Made by a program: the position numbers and the translations under genes. 64,000 nucleotides of DNA, from NCBI GenBank assembly GCA_903845125.1, contig CAIMWS010000521.1:7069-71068 (forward strand). The letters run 5' to 3'. Position 1 is the first letter of the stretch, and each line of letters opens with the position of its first letter. This document shows positions 19,826 to 30,045 of this stretch, piece by piece. The notes under the pieces are model-generated. The model was given only the letters and a program-made list of their open reading frames with translations. It ran no database searches and was not told the origin of the DNA. This DNA comes from an uncultured Verrucomicrobiota bacterium (lineage in GTDB: Bacteria > Verrucomicrobiota > Verrucomicrobiia > Limisphaerales > UBA1319).

Positions 19826-21796
19826 TCACAAGGTTTTTAAGTATTCAACCAAATCATTCAGTTGGTGTTTGTTGAAATAACTGGTCACGCCGTGCAAATC
19901 ATTGGTCTGGTAGGTGGTCCACAACTCCTCAAGGGTTTTGGCCCGTCCATCATGCAAATAAGGCGCCGTAAAAGCCACACCCAAGAGGTGGGGGGTGTCG
20001 AACATATCAGTGGTGTCGTGCGGCCCTTTGGTCCCCACCGAGCTGGAAAGGCGGTTGGAATACAGCGGTGGGCGATGGCAGGTATGGCATTGCCTTTCTC
20101 TCGGGATCGTTTTCCCGGTGGTGGTCATCGTCGCAAAAAAGATCCGTTTGCCGCGTTCCTGCTGCGGGGTTAAATCCGCATGCTGTTTACGCTCCCAACG
20201 GGGTGGAGGCTGCGAATTGAGAAAATGGCTCAGATCGTCCAGTTCGCGGGGCGGGATCGGATCCGTGCGCATCAGCACCCGCGCAAATCGAATCCCGCAT
20301 TGGATCGCCAAAGTCGGATTCTTGCCGATCCACTTGAACGGCCCGGTGCCGGCCACTCCCTGCAAGGATCGATTATCCAGCAGGTTGTCGCCAATGCCAT
20401 CGCCATCGAAATCGTAGGACAATCCATCCACGTGGCCATCCGGATGGCAGGAACGGCAGGAAAACTGCCTTTGATAGGTATATTTGGCGTCGGTAAAAAC
20501 CCGCTCCCCGCGGCGGATTGGATCGCCCGATCCGCCATCCCCCAGCGCGATCCGGCCGGCCGGTTTCAACGTGGCGGTATCAATGATCAATACTCCATCG
20601 TCCAGGCGCTCGCTGATCAAAACCCATTTGCTGTCAGGGCTGATCACCACCTGTCGTGGATTCCGGCCAGTGGGAATGCGGGCGATGACGTATTCCGACG
20701 ACAAGGTCAAATCCTCGATCGCCTCCCGGCGCGCCCCGGGTGAAGCTTTTTCAAGCCAGGCGGCCAGCCGATCCAAATCCACCACCGTCAACCGATCGCT
20801 GCCGCCGGAGGCGATGTAAGCCCGTTTGCCGGCCGGATCCACAGCTATGCCGGATGGATCCGCAAAATAATCGTGGGCCTCATCGAGAGGCATTTGGATG
20901 ATATTCCCCCGGTGATCGGAAATCGCCAACCCGCAGGACATCACCCACCCATTGGCAACCTGTGTAATGGGAACCAGGTTTCGCACTTTAATCAGCGGAG
21001 TAATGGCCCAGGATCTTTGCGGCACGGTAGCCACACCCTCCGCCAAATGCGCCGATGCAAACGTTCCCCGGATCAACATTTTGCCACTCCGGGGATCCAC
21101 CAAGGTCAATTCGGAATTGGCGGGCGCCAAATAATTCTCCGGCACCGCGAGCCGGTTGGCGGCAAAGGCCACCGTCCCATCCCGAGCAATGGCCACCGCA
21201 TACGGTTCCCGACCGCTTTGAGGCCGCGCCAACTCTTTCAAGGGCGAGGCCGAAAGCACGGAAAGGTTATCGGAAAGCGAGTTTGCCACCACCAATCGCT
21301 CCCCTTCCGGAGTGGCCGCGCACGCAATGGCCACCGGCGCCGATCCCACCGCCACGCTTTCCAATTCCTTGAACGACCGGGCATCCACTGCCACCACCCG
21401 GTCCGCATCTCGGCAGGTGATGTAAAGATGCTCGCCCTCCTGGTCGAGCACCAGCCCGAACGGCCGCCCTGGCACCGCCAGCCGACGGGTCACCTGGCGT
21501 GATCCAAGCTCCGCCTCCACCACCTCGTTCATTTCATCCAGGGCGATATAAGCTTTTTTGCCATCTGGAGAAACGGCCAAGCCAGCCGGCGCTGGATGCC
21601 GGGCACGGGGTTTCGACCAAGCCAGGCTCTCCGTCGCCACGTGGCAATGGGTGCAGGTGGTGAACCCCAGTTCCGGGCGCCCCGTCCAGCGCCTCACGTG
21701 GGCCACCGACCACGCATGCCCCCCATAGCCCGCCACCAGCGCGACTGCCAGGCAGCCAAAAAACCAAAGAGCGAAGGTGCTTTGTTTCATGGGCAT
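19826..21796 (-). CDS. YncE/YVTN beta-propeller fused to di-heme cytochrome c peroxidase/MauG-fold domain, plus extra N-terminal CxxCH (HzsB+HzsC-like architecture)
   Basis: N-terminal TM/signal; CTHCH 21641-21655; propeller repeats LAVSPDGKKAY, IAVDPAGKRAY, IPTGRNPR; GERVF..SCRSCHPDG 20444-20458; PFKWIG; RGKRIF..CHTCH 20075-20089; FDTPHL..TAPYLHDG; DLHGVT..DLVEYLKTL. Confidence 0.82.
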   Translation of the reverse strand: MPMKQSTFALWFFGCLAVALVAGYGGHAWSVAHVRRWTGRPELGFTTCTHCHVATESLAWSKPRARHPAPAGLAVSPDGKKAYIALDEMNEVVEAELGSRQVTRRLAVPGRPFGLVLDQEGEHLYITCRDADRVVAVDARSFKELESVAVGSAPVAIACAATPEGERLVVANSLSDNLSVLSASPLKELARPQSGREPYAVAIARDGTVAFAANRLAVPENYLAPANSELTLVDPRSGKMLIRGTFASAHLAEGVATVPQRSWAITPLIKVRNLVPITQVANGWVMSCGLAISDHRGNIIQMPLDEAHDYFADPSGIAVDPAGKRAYIASGGSDRLTVVDLDRLAAWLEKASPGARREAIEDLTLSSEYVIARIPTGRNPRQVVISPDSKWVLISERLDDGVLIIDTATLKPAGRIALGDGGSGDPIRRGERVFTDAKYTYQRQFSCRSCHPDGHVDGLSYDFDGDGIGDNLLDNRSLQGVAGTGPFKWIGKNPTLAIQCGIRFARVLMRTDPIPPRELDDLSHFLNSQPPPRWERKQHADLTPQQERGKRIFFATMTTTGKTIPRERQCHTCHRPPLYSNRLSSSVGTKGPHDTTDMFDTPHLLGVAFTAPYLHDGRAKTLEELWTTYQTNDLHGVTSYFNKHQLNDLVEYLKTL

Positions 21797-21814
21797 TTAT
21801 GAAGGATTAAGCGC

Positions 21815-23311
21815 TCATCGATATTCGGGTGCAACCGGCAGGGATGCCTTTTTCAGATCACCAAGGTTCACCGGCGGCAGCCCGGCCGCTATGGGCCGTA
21901 TATTTTGTGGGGACCGGTTGTGCGGTTCGTGGCAGCCCAGGCAGCTGCGGTTCTCGCCTCGCCGCACCCATATGCTGGGCGGCAGGCGCTGGATTACCTG
22001 GTCCTGGTCGTCCAACGCTTCAAAGCCCAACGGCACTTCGGCCGGAACGGTCACCAGGAAGGAACCGTCTGTTTGCGGAGTAATCTCCCCTAAGGCAACC
22101 AACTGGTTGGCCCCAGCCTGAGCCAGGATTCGGATCCGATGAATTTTGGAGGCAGCGGTGCTATTCGCAGCCTCGGGACGGGAAAAAAAGGCGTTCAGGC
22201 AGAGGATTGTTCCCGTGCTTTTCTCCGGCATCAAGGTGGATAGATGCCCCATCAGTGCGGCTTTGGGCATTAATGGAACGGCTTCCACCTCATCCCATTC
22301 GGGATTATCGAAGAGGGGGATGCCTAAGACCTTGGAACCGGGGGGAATCCGATATACCGCACTGGAACCTCTGACCTCCGGCTTCCCAGAAGCTCCCGCA
22401 TCGATGCAGGCCAGCCAACTGCCTTCCCGGTCCTCCTCCAACGAATGGCAGCGTTCCACAAGGAACTCAAACAGCGGGGTCCGGCTGGCGAACGGCTTGG
22501 CCATGCGCACCCCCTCCGCCGCATATTTCGGGCGGGCTTGGTTAGTGCCGGCCGCCAGGAACGCCACCGTGCCTGACAGAGATTCCCGGGGACGCCGCAC
22601 GAGGGGCGCGCCATGATCCTCCAAGGCGAAATGGGTGAACTCGGTGCCGTCATTGTTGATGGTGAACAAACCCAGGCGCGGCCTTTCCTCTCCCAGCGAA
22701 GAGGCGCGCACTGAAGTGAATAAAATCTTGCCATCCCGCAACACGGTGGGATCCATCGCCGGACTCGCCCCAAAAGTCAGCCGCTCCACCCTGCCTCCCG
22801 GCCCCTGGCGATAAAGAGCAGCTGGTTTTTCCGGCCGCCACGGATTGGCAGCGTTGGGCACTGGCGAACAAAAAACCAATTCCCCGCCCGCCAGCAGCGC
22901 AGGTTCCATGGCGCCACCGGCAACCGCCGTCAACAGGCGCGCCGGTTTCCCTCCCGGTTGAGCCTCATATATTTGCCAGCTTCCACCGGCTTTCGCTTTG
23001 CCAGCAAATAAAATGCGGGTGCCATCGGCACTGGCCACCGGGCCGCCGGCTGCGGACAGTCCGGCGGACAGCACCTGTTCCGAACCGCTGGTGAACGGAG
23101 GCTGCACCAACACTACCCGACTGCCCGGAGGATACCGCAAATCCAGCAAGTCTTCGGCGCCGCCCGCAGTCGGAATCCCAGTAGGAACCTGAGTGACGGC
23201 CATCCCCCCCGTAGGGAAAGACTCCCGGCATCCGGAGGACCAAAGGCTGACTAGCAACCCGGCCAGGATAACCAGGCGGCCTCGCATGCTGGCGGATAGA
23301 GGCCGAGGCAT
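21815..23311 (-). CDS. HzsA-related lipoprotein (TolB-like propeller + hydrazine synthase alpha middle domain), monoheme
   Basis: Lipobox WSSGC; SADGTRILFAG..WQIYE, DPTVLRDGKILF, LFTINNDGT; LGEITPQTDGSFLVTVPAEVP..EALD..WVRRGENRSCLGCHE (CxxCH 21929-21943). Confidence 0.75.
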   Translation of the reverse strand: MPRPLSASMRGRLVILAGLLVSLWSSGCRESFPTGGMAVTQVPTGIPTAGGAEDLLDLRYPPGSRVVLVQPPFTSGSEQVLSAGLSAAGGPVASADGTRILFAGKAKAGGSWQIYEAQPGGKPARLLTAVAGGAMEPALLAGGELVFCSPVPNAANPWRPEKPAALYRQGPGGRVERLTFGASPAMDPTVLRDGKILFTSVRASSLGEERPRLGLFTINNDGTEFTHFALEDHGAPLVRRPRESLSGTVAFLAAGTNQARPKYAAEGVRMAKPFASRTPLFEFLVERCHSLEEDREGSWLACIDAGASGKPEVRGSSAVYRIPPGSKVLGIPLFDNPEWDEVEAVPLMPKAALMGHLSTLMPEKSTGTILCLNAFFSRPEAANSTAASKIHRIRILAQAGANQLVALGEITPQTDGSFLVTVPAEVPLGFEALDDQDQVIQRLPPSIWVRRGENRSCLGCHEPHNRSPQNIRPIAAGLPPVNLGDLKKASLPVAPEYR

Positions 23312-23313
23312 GG

Positions 23314-25200
23314 TTAAGGTTCCTTCACTTTGAGGATCTGGTCGGCCGGCACATCACGCAAAGTCTGCTGGGTTCCGGAAGGCCAGCGGATTTCGATTTT
23401 TTCAACTATTTTGGCCTGGCCGAGGCCAAAGTGGACCCGGGGATCAGAGGTGCCTAAAAACCCTTCCTGGCAGCGGGCTTCCGCGCACCTGGTTTTTCCC
23501 CCTGCGGTTACCTTGATGCTGGCGCCAAATCCGTCACGGTTGCTTTTGGTGCCCTGCAAATGGAACGCCAGCCAGTGGTTCCCCGAGGCGTCCCGATTGT
23601 GCAGCAGGAACAACCGGTCCGCCATGGCCGTCACCAGCACATCCAGGTGCCCGTCATTATCGAAATCAAGCACATAGCTGCCACGCGCCCGGATCTTGGT
23701 TTTGAAATAAACACCACCCTGTTCCGCATCGTCCGCAAAGCTTCCATCCCCTTTGTTTTTTAACAGCAAGCTTTCCCATCCCACCATATGGTGTGCGTCG
23801 CCATTGGCAATGAAGCCATCCAGGAATCCATCATTATCGTAATCCAGGAAATTGCTACCCCAACCCACATATTGGGCGGTGATCGATCCCAAGCCTGAGG
23901 ACATCATGCGATCCTCGTAAATCCCCTTGGGTCCCCCCATGTATAGCGAACCATAACCCAGGCGCGACACCAGGATATCCGGGATCAAATCCCCGTTGCA
24001 ATCCCCAATGGCGGCCGTCATGGACCCCGCAGCCTCACCCAGCGCATTGAAAGCCGCCTGGGCTTTTAAAGCGATGTCCTGAAAATGCCCTTTGCCATCG
24101 TTCAAAAGCAGCATATTCGGAGTGCCGTCATTGCTGAGGTAGATATCCGGAGCGCCATCCCCATTGTGATCGAAAGCACAAACGGACATCGCCCGGTGGC
24201 CGGGTATGCGGATGCCTGCCTTTTCGCTGATATCCTCGAAGGTGCCGTCGCCCCGGTTCCGGTAAAGGATGTTGAACTCCGGCTTGTAGCCAAGTGGCCC
24301 AGGATAAGCGTCAGGATTGAAATACTGCTGGTAGTTGGGATCATAGGTCAGGTAGTTCGCCACAAACAAATCCAGCTTCCCATCGTTATCCACGTCCACC
24401 CAGATGGCACCGATGCCAGTACCTTTATGCCCCAACCCTGCTTTGTCAGTCACCTCCTCAAACCGGCCGTCGCCTTTGTTGTGGTAGAGGATGCTTTTGC
24501 CCACATTCACCACGAAAAGATCGGGGAATCCGTCGTTATCGTAATCGCCCGCGGCAGCAGAAATACCGTAGCCCATGCCCGCCACGCCCGCTTTTTCGGT
24601 GACGTCCTCGAAGGTGCCATTGCCCCGGTTCCGGTAAAGCCGGTTTGGCTGCCGCTTGGTGCCTTCCTTATGGTGTGTCACGCCATCCAAGGGACCAGGA
24701 TTGACGACGTAAATATCCATGAATCCATCCTGGTCGTAATCCAAAATCGCCGCCCCGGATCCGTTGGATTCGATGATATTGGCAATGCGCTCGTCGCAGA
24801 ATTGCTGCACAAAATCCAAACCCGCCTTGGGCGCGATATCTTCAAACAAATCCTTGGGGCCAGCCTGGATTGGGGGAGTTACGGTAAACTCCACATGCTT
24901 GGCGGCTGGCACTCCCGATTCTTTGGCATCCTTATTGGCCGCAGGGTTGCCCGCAGCCGCACCGGCCGCATCCTTCTTTTGGCAACCCGCCCCTCCCAAG
25001 ACCAGCAAGACGGAAACTGCGCCAGCAAAGAGCCTCCCCGGCCAACTTCCCATCCACCAGCTAGCCAATGAATGTTGCCTCCATGGCGCTCCCTGGAAAG
25101 TTTCGTCCGCGGATGGAACAGAATACAAAGCATGCCCCATGGAGGCTGTCAGGCAGGACAGGCTCTTCTGCAACGGTTCAAGGGGCTTTCGTTTGATCAT
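23314..25200 (-). CDS. CRTAC1 family lipoprotein (FG-GAP repeats + ASPIC/UnbV)
   Basis: Lipobox GGAGC; GSGAAILDYDQDG, NRLYRNRGNGTFEDVTEKAG, GDYDNDGFPDL, SNRDGFGA, DPRVHFGLG, IRWPSG; start uncertain (ATG 25200 or later). Confidence 0.85.
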   Translation of the reverse strand: MIKRKPLEPLQKSLSCLTASMGHALYSVPSADETFQGAPWRQHSLASWWMGSWPGRLFAGAVSVLLVLGGAGCQKKDAAGAAAGNPAANKDAKESGVPAAKHVEFTVTPPIQAGPKDLFEDIAPKAGLDFVQQFCDERIANIIESNGSGAAILDYDQDGFMDIYVVNPGPLDGVTHHKEGTKRQPNRLYRNRGNGTFEDVTEKAGVAGMGYGISAAAGDYDNDGFPDLFVVNVGKSILYHNKGDGRFEEVTDKAGLGHKGTGIGAIWVDVDNDGKLDLFVANYLTYDPNYQQYFNPDAYPGPLGYKPEFNILYRNRGDGTFEDISEKAGIRIPGHRAMSVCAFDHNGDGAPDIYLSNDGTPNMLLLNDGKGHFQDIALKAQAAFNALGEAAGSMTAAIGDCNGDLIPDILVSRLGYGSLYMGGPKGIYEDRMMSSGLGSITAQYVGWGSNFLDYDNDGFLDGFIANGDAHHMVGWESLLLKNKGDGSFADDAEQGGVYFKTKIRARGSYVLDFDNDGHLDVLVTAMADRLFLLHNRDASGNHWLAFHLQGTKSNRDGFGASIKVTAGGKTRCAEARCQEGFLGTSDPRVHFGLGQAKIVEKIEIRWPSGTQQTLRDVPADQILKVKEP

Positions 25201-25332
25201 TGGGGGCGCAATATGCACGATTTCTTGCCGGTTGTAAACCCCCCCGCCGCAAATTATTCTTTTCTTTTTTCCGGCGCCGGCAAAAAGGAACTCGCCACAG
25301 CCCAAAATTCAGGTTTATTTGGGGCCCCTGTT

Positions 25333-26757
25333 ATGAGAAACGCAAAAATCGGACTGTTCGGGATTGGTTTGGACGCCTACTGGCCTCAGTTCAAGGGCCT
25401 TAAAGAGCGCCTGGAGGGTTATATCCAAGTGGTTCATGACCGGATCCAGCGGCCGGGGGTGGACGTGATTAACCTGGGCCTAATCGATAATCCACCCAAA
25501 GCCCTGACGGCAGGCCACCGTTTCCGTCAGGAAGACGTGGACTTGATCTTCCTGTATGTCACTACCTACGCCTTATCCTCCACGGTGCTGCCGGTAGTGC
25601 AGCGCGCCCGGGTGCCGGTGATTGTCTTGAACCTTCAACCCGCGGCCGCCATCGACTATTCCACCTTCAATAAGCTGGGCGACCGCACGAAAATGACTGG
25701 CGAATGGCTGGCCCACTGCAGTGCCTGCCCGGTGCCGGAGATTGCCAATGTCTTTAACCGCGCCCGCATCGATTTCCACCAGATCACGGGCATGCTCCAT
25801 GAGGATCCGCTTTGCTGGCAGGAGGTGGATCATTGGATCGAAGCTGCCCGCGTGGCCAGCGTGATGTTCCATAACCGGCTCGGCCTCATGGGCCATTATT
25901 ATTGCGGCATGTTGGACATCGCCTCCGACCTCACCCAGCACTGCGCCCATTTTGGCGGGCACATGGAAATTGTGGAGGTGGATGAATTGGCGGCTCTGCG
26001 CCGGGACATTCCTGCCAAACAAATCAAAGCGCGCGTGGCCGAGTTCCATCGCGTTTTTGAAGTCCAACCCGATTGCCCCAAACCCGAATTGGAACGGGCG
26101 GCCCGCACCTCCCTGGCTCTGGACCGCCTCGTCAATGACCACGACCTGGGCTCCCTGGCCTATTATTATATGGGCACCGGCAACGCGGATAACGAGGATG
26201 CCATCAGCTCGATCATCCTGGGCAATTCATTGCTCACCGCGCGCGGCATTCCAGTGGCCGGCGAATACGAGGTCAAGAATGTCCAAGCCATGAAGATCAT
26301 GGATTCCTTCGGCGTGGGTGGCTCGTTCACGGAATACTACGCGATGGATTTCAACGACGATGTCGTGCTGATGGGCCACGATGGCCCCGGCCATATTGCC
26401 ATCGCCCAAGGCAAAACCAAGGTGCGGCCGCTGTCGGTTTACCACGGGAAAGTGGGGCGCGGCCTGTCCGTCGAAATGTCCGTCAAATACGGACCGGTCA
26501 CCTTGCTGGCCGTCGTGCAAACGGTGGATGGCCGGCTCAAATTCCTCGTGGCGGAGGCCGAATCGGTGGCGGGGCCAATCCTGGAGATCGGCAACACCAA
26601 TAGCCGCTACCGGTTCCAGATCGGCGCGCGGAACTTTGTCAACCAATGGAACTTCCACGGCCCCGCGCATCACTGCGCCGTAGGCGTTGGTCATATCGCC
26701 CAGAAAATCGAAAAACTAGGCCAACTGCTGCGCATGGAAGTCGTCCGGGTCTGCTGA
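25333..26757 (+). CDS. L-fucose/L-arabinose isomerase family protein
   Basis: ATG 25333 MRNAKIGLFGIG; CSACPVPEI, GEYE, FTEYY, MGHDGP, GPAHHCAVG metal-binding motifs. Confidence 0.8.
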   Translation: MRNAKIGLFGIGLDAYWPQFKGLKERLEGYIQVVHDRIQRPGVDVINLGLIDNPPKALTAGHRFRQEDVDLIFLYVTTYALSSTVLPVVQRARVPVIVLNLQPAAAIDYSTFNKLGDRTKMTGEWLAHCSACPVPEIANVFNRARIDFHQITGMLHEDPLCWQEVDHWIEAARVASVMFHNRLGLMGHYYCGMLDIASDLTQHCAHFGGHMEIVEVDELAALRRDIPAKQIKARVAEFHRVFEVQPDCPKPELERAARTSLALDRLVNDHDLGSLAYYYMGTGNADNEDAISSIILGNSLLTARGIPVAGEYEVKNVQAMKIMDSFGVGGSFTEYYAMDFNDDVVLMGHDGPGHIAIAQGKTKVRPLSVYHGKVGRGLSVEMSVKYGPVTLLAVVQTVDGRLKFLVAEAESVAGPILEIGNTNSRYRFQIGARNFVNQWNFHGPAHHCAVGVGHIAQKIEKLGQLLRMEVVRVC

Positions 26758-26915
26758 TTCGTTTCTGCCGGATTTAATCAAGCCGCGGACTTCCGTTTTT
26801 TGGCCGCCTTACCCAACTTGGCCGAGATGAAATCCGGCGTGCTTTCAGCAGCGAGGAGCTGGCTGTAGCGAATCTTGCTTTCCATTACCGCCTCTTCCGG
26901 TAGGCTGGCCGCCCA

Positions 26916-29471
26916 ATGGCCATCACGCTATATGATTTCATGCCCCGCGGGGAAGAGTTCAGCAACGACCTGTTGCTGAGCCGGTTCCTCGAATATGTGG
27001 AGAGCAAACAGCTGCAGTTGTATTCCGCCCAGGAAGCCGCCATCCTGGAGCTGTTCGAGGAGAAAAACGTGATCCTCAACACTCCCACCGGCTCCGGCAA
27101 GTCCCTGGTCGCGGCAGCGTTGCAGTTCAAATCCTTGGTGCAAGGCAAACGTTCGGTTTACACCTGCCCCATCAAGGCGCTGGTGAATGAGAAATGGATG
27201 AACTTGTGCCGGGAATTCGGACCGGAAAACGTCGGCCTTAGCACCGGCGACGCCACCGTGAATCATGAGGCCCCGGTCCTGTGCTGCACGGCGGAGATCC
27301 TGGCCAACATCGCCCTGCGCGAGGGCCCCCAAGCCAATATCCAGGAGGTCATCATGGACGAGTTCCACTATTACGCCGACCGGGAGCGCGGCGTGGCCTG
27401 GCAGGTGCCCTTGCTGACGCTGCCCCAGTGCCGGTTTCTCCTCATGTCCGCCACGCTGGGTGACACCACCTTTTTCGAGGAGGAACTGACCCGGCTCAAT
27501 GGCCGGCCCACGATCACGGTGGCCTCGCGGGAGCGGCCGGTGCCCCTGGATTTCTCCTATGCAGAAACCACCCTGGCCCAAACCTTGGAAAAACTGGTGG
27601 CGGACGGCCAGAGCCCGGTTTATGTGGTCCACTTCACCCAGTTGGAAGCCGCGCAAAGCGCCCAGGATTTCACCAGCCTGAACGTTTGCACCCGGGAGGA
27701 GAAAAGCGCCTTGGCCACCGCCCTGGAAAATTTCAAGTTCACGAGCCCCTATGGGCCGGAAATCAAGCGCTGGCTGAAGCAGGGCATTGGCTTGCACCAC
27801 GCGGGGCTATTGCCCAAATACCGGGTGCTGGCCGAACAACTGGCCCAACAAGGCCTTCTGAAAATCATTTGCGGCACGGATACCCTGGGGGCGGGCATCA
27901 ACATGCCGATCCGCACGGTCCTGTTCACCCGCCTATGCAAGTTTGACGGCGAAAAAACCGGCATCCTCAGCGCCCGGGATTTCCACCAGATCTGCGGCCG
28001 CGCGGGCCGCAAGGGATTCGACGACCGTGGCTGGGTGGTGGCGCAAGCCCCGGAACACGTCATTGAAAACCTCCAACTGGAACAGAAACAGGCGCGGGAC
28101 GGCAAAAAATTCGTGAAGCGCCGACAGCCCGAACGGAATTTTGTTAATTGGGATAAAAACACCTACGTGCGGCTGCAGAGCGCTCCCCCGGAAAGGCTTA
28201 GCTCGCGTTTCCAGGTCACCCACGGCATGCTGCTCAATGTGCTGAGCCGCAAAGGGGACGGCTGCCAGGCCATGCGCCAACTGGTGGGACAATGCCATGA
28301 GTCTCCCAAAGCCAAAAAAGCCCACACCAAGCGCGCCTGGCAGCTGTTCCGTTCCCTGGTGGACCGCAAAATCATCGAGTTCATCCCGCCCGGCGAGGAT
28401 GGCGCTTACCTCCGGGTGAATGTGGACCTGCAGGAAGATTTTTCGATGGACCAAACCCTGTCGCTTTACCTGCTGGAAACGATCCCGCTCATCGATCCCC
28501 AGGCGCAGGATTACGCCCTGATCCTGCTGACCCTGGTGGAATCCATCCTGGAAAATCCGGAGGCGATCCTCCGCAAGCAACTGGATAAGGTCAAAAGCCA
28601 GGCCGTTGCCCAGATGAAAGCCGAAGGCTTGGATTACAACCAGCGGATGGAGGAATTGGAGAAGCTGGAATTTCCCAAGCCCAACCGCGAGTTCATTTAC
28701 TCCAGTTTCAACGCCTTTTCCGACCGCCATCCGTGGGTGGGCCAGGAAAACATCCACCCCAAATCCATCGCCCGCGAAATGTTCGAGTCGTTCCGTTCCT
28801 TTGCCGATTACGTGAAGGATTATGAATTACAGCGGTCGGAGGGACTGCTCCTGCGGCACTTGTCCCGGGTGCATAAGGTGTTGACGCAAACCGTCCCGGA
28901 TGCCGCCAAAAACGACACCGCCCGCGAGATGGAGCTTTACTTGGGCACCATGATCATCCAGGTCGATTCGAGCCTCCTGGATGAGTGGGAGAAAATGCGC
29001 GATCCCTCTTACCAGCCCAAAGCCGCCGCCGCCGCTGCCCCATCCCCGGACACCATCGGCTCCAGCCCGGACATCACGAAGGATCCGAAAGCGTTCACTG
29101 CCGAAATCCGCAACCTCATATTCAGCTTCCTCCGCGGCCTGGTCATCAGCGACTACGAGGCCGCCCTGGCCAAGCTGGCCTTCCCGGAGGATGCCGACGG
29201 CCAGCCATGGAACGTCGACCGCCTGCGGTTGGCGATGGATCAATACTATGGCGAACATTCCCAGCTTTGCCTGAATCCCAACGCACGCAATATCCGCCAC
29301 ACCTACGTGATCCCCTCCGAGGATAAAACCTCCTGGAAAATCCAGCAGATGCTGGTGGATCCCGAGGACCACAATGATTGGGTGGCCGAGTTTGAGGTCA
29401 ACCTGTCCGAATCCAAAGCCACCGGGGCACCCGTGCTCAGGCTGAACAAGCTGGCGCAGCTTACGGCCTGA
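26916..29471 (+). CDS. Ski2-like DEAD/DEAH-box helicase with DUF3516-type C-terminus
   Basis: [54 protein letters not shown]. Confidence 0.88.
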   Translation: MAITLYDFMPRGEEFSNDLLLSRFLEYVESKQLQLYSAQEAAILELFEEKNVILNTPTGSGKSLVAAALQFKSLVQGKRSVYTCPIKALVNEKWMNLCREFGPENVGLSTGDATVNHEAPVLCCTAEILANIALREGPQANIQEVIMDEFHYYADRERGVAWQVPLLTLPQCRFLLMSATLGDTTFFEEELTRLNGRPTITVASRERPVPLDFSYAETTLAQTLEKLVADGQSPVYVVHFTQLEAAQSAQDFTSLNVCTREEKSALATALENFKFTSPYGPEIKRWLKQGIGLHHAGLLPKYRVLAEQLAQQGLLKIICGTDTLGAGINMPIRTVLFTRLCKFDGEKTGILSARDFHQICGRAGRKGFDDRGWVVAQAPEHVIENLQLEQKQARDGKKFVKRRQPERNFVNWDKNTYVRLQSAPPERLSSRFQVTHGMLLNVLSRKGDGCQAMRQLVGQCHESPKAKKAHTKRAWQLFRSLVDRKIIEFIPPGEDGAYLRVNVDLQEDFSMDQTLSLYLLETIPLIDPQAQDYALILLTLVESILENPEAILRKQLDKVKSQAVAQMKAEGLDYNQRMEELEKLEFPKPNREFIYSSFNAFSDRHPWVGQENIHPKSIAREMFESFRSFADYVKDYELQRSEGLLLRHLSRVHKVLTQTVPDAAKNDTAREMELYLGTMIIQVDSSLLDEWEKMRDPSYQPKAAAAAAPSPDTIGSSPDITKDPKAFTAEIRNLIFSFLRGLVISDYEAALAKLAFPEDADGQPWNVDRLRLAMDQYYGEHSQLCLNPNARNIRHTYVIPSEDKTSWKIQQMLVDPEDHNDWVAEFEVNLSESKATGAPVLRLNKLAQLTA

Positions 29472-29877
29472 TGGTCCCGGCCTTTTTTCTTTGAGCAGCA
29501 GGTGGTTGGAGGGAACCAATGGGCGCCGAGCAGAGGGCCTGGCAGAAGTTTACAATTTAGCGAACGTTCCCCAGGTGTTTTTATGCAACTCATTTATAAT
29601 GAGACTTTTAGCCGTATTTTTTCGCATGCCAGGATTGGGGAACTTCCGTTAAATGGGCATCCAAAGGACGAAAACAGCCACAAAAAGTCGTGGCAGGCAG
29701 GCAGCCACCAGGAGTAGAGTCCAAAGCAGGAAACCGACCCAGTGCTTGCGTTCAGTGAAGGTTCGGTTTTGGAAGATTGGGATTATGCCAAGCTATATCG
29801 TTATTGTCACAACCCCAACGGGATCTGATGATCCAACCGATCCCCCCACACGCCAATTTTTCAAATTCCAAGAGGGC

Positions 29878-29906
29878 TTGACTCCATCCTCCACGTTCCC
29901 CATATT
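29878..29906 (+). promoter_or_regulatory. Candidate sigma70 promoter
   Basis: TTGACT-17 nt-CATATT in AT-rich intergenic DNA upstream of the 30046 ORF. Confidence 0.4.
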
Positions 29907-30045
29907 CAATTTGAGCCTATTGAAGCATCGGAATTTTGTTGCGTTCTAAGTAACCGATCCGGAATTGGCTGAGTGAATCCCTTGGGTGAGGGATTTAAAA
30001 CAAGGATGGAGCCTTAGGCAGCTTTGCGATGCAACTAGGAAAATT

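Noticed and set aside
19826-23311. Bona fide anammox hzs genes
   Set aside because: The alpha-like protein is short, monoheme and lacks the Tyr ligand; no HAO/HDH-type multiheme genes are in the window; the context looks verrucomicrobial. Reported only as HZS-like.
25072-25332. N-terminal extensions of the isomerase (25072) and CRTAC1 (25305) ORFs
   Set aside because: They would overlap head-to-head across the divergent promoter region; family-like sequence starts later.
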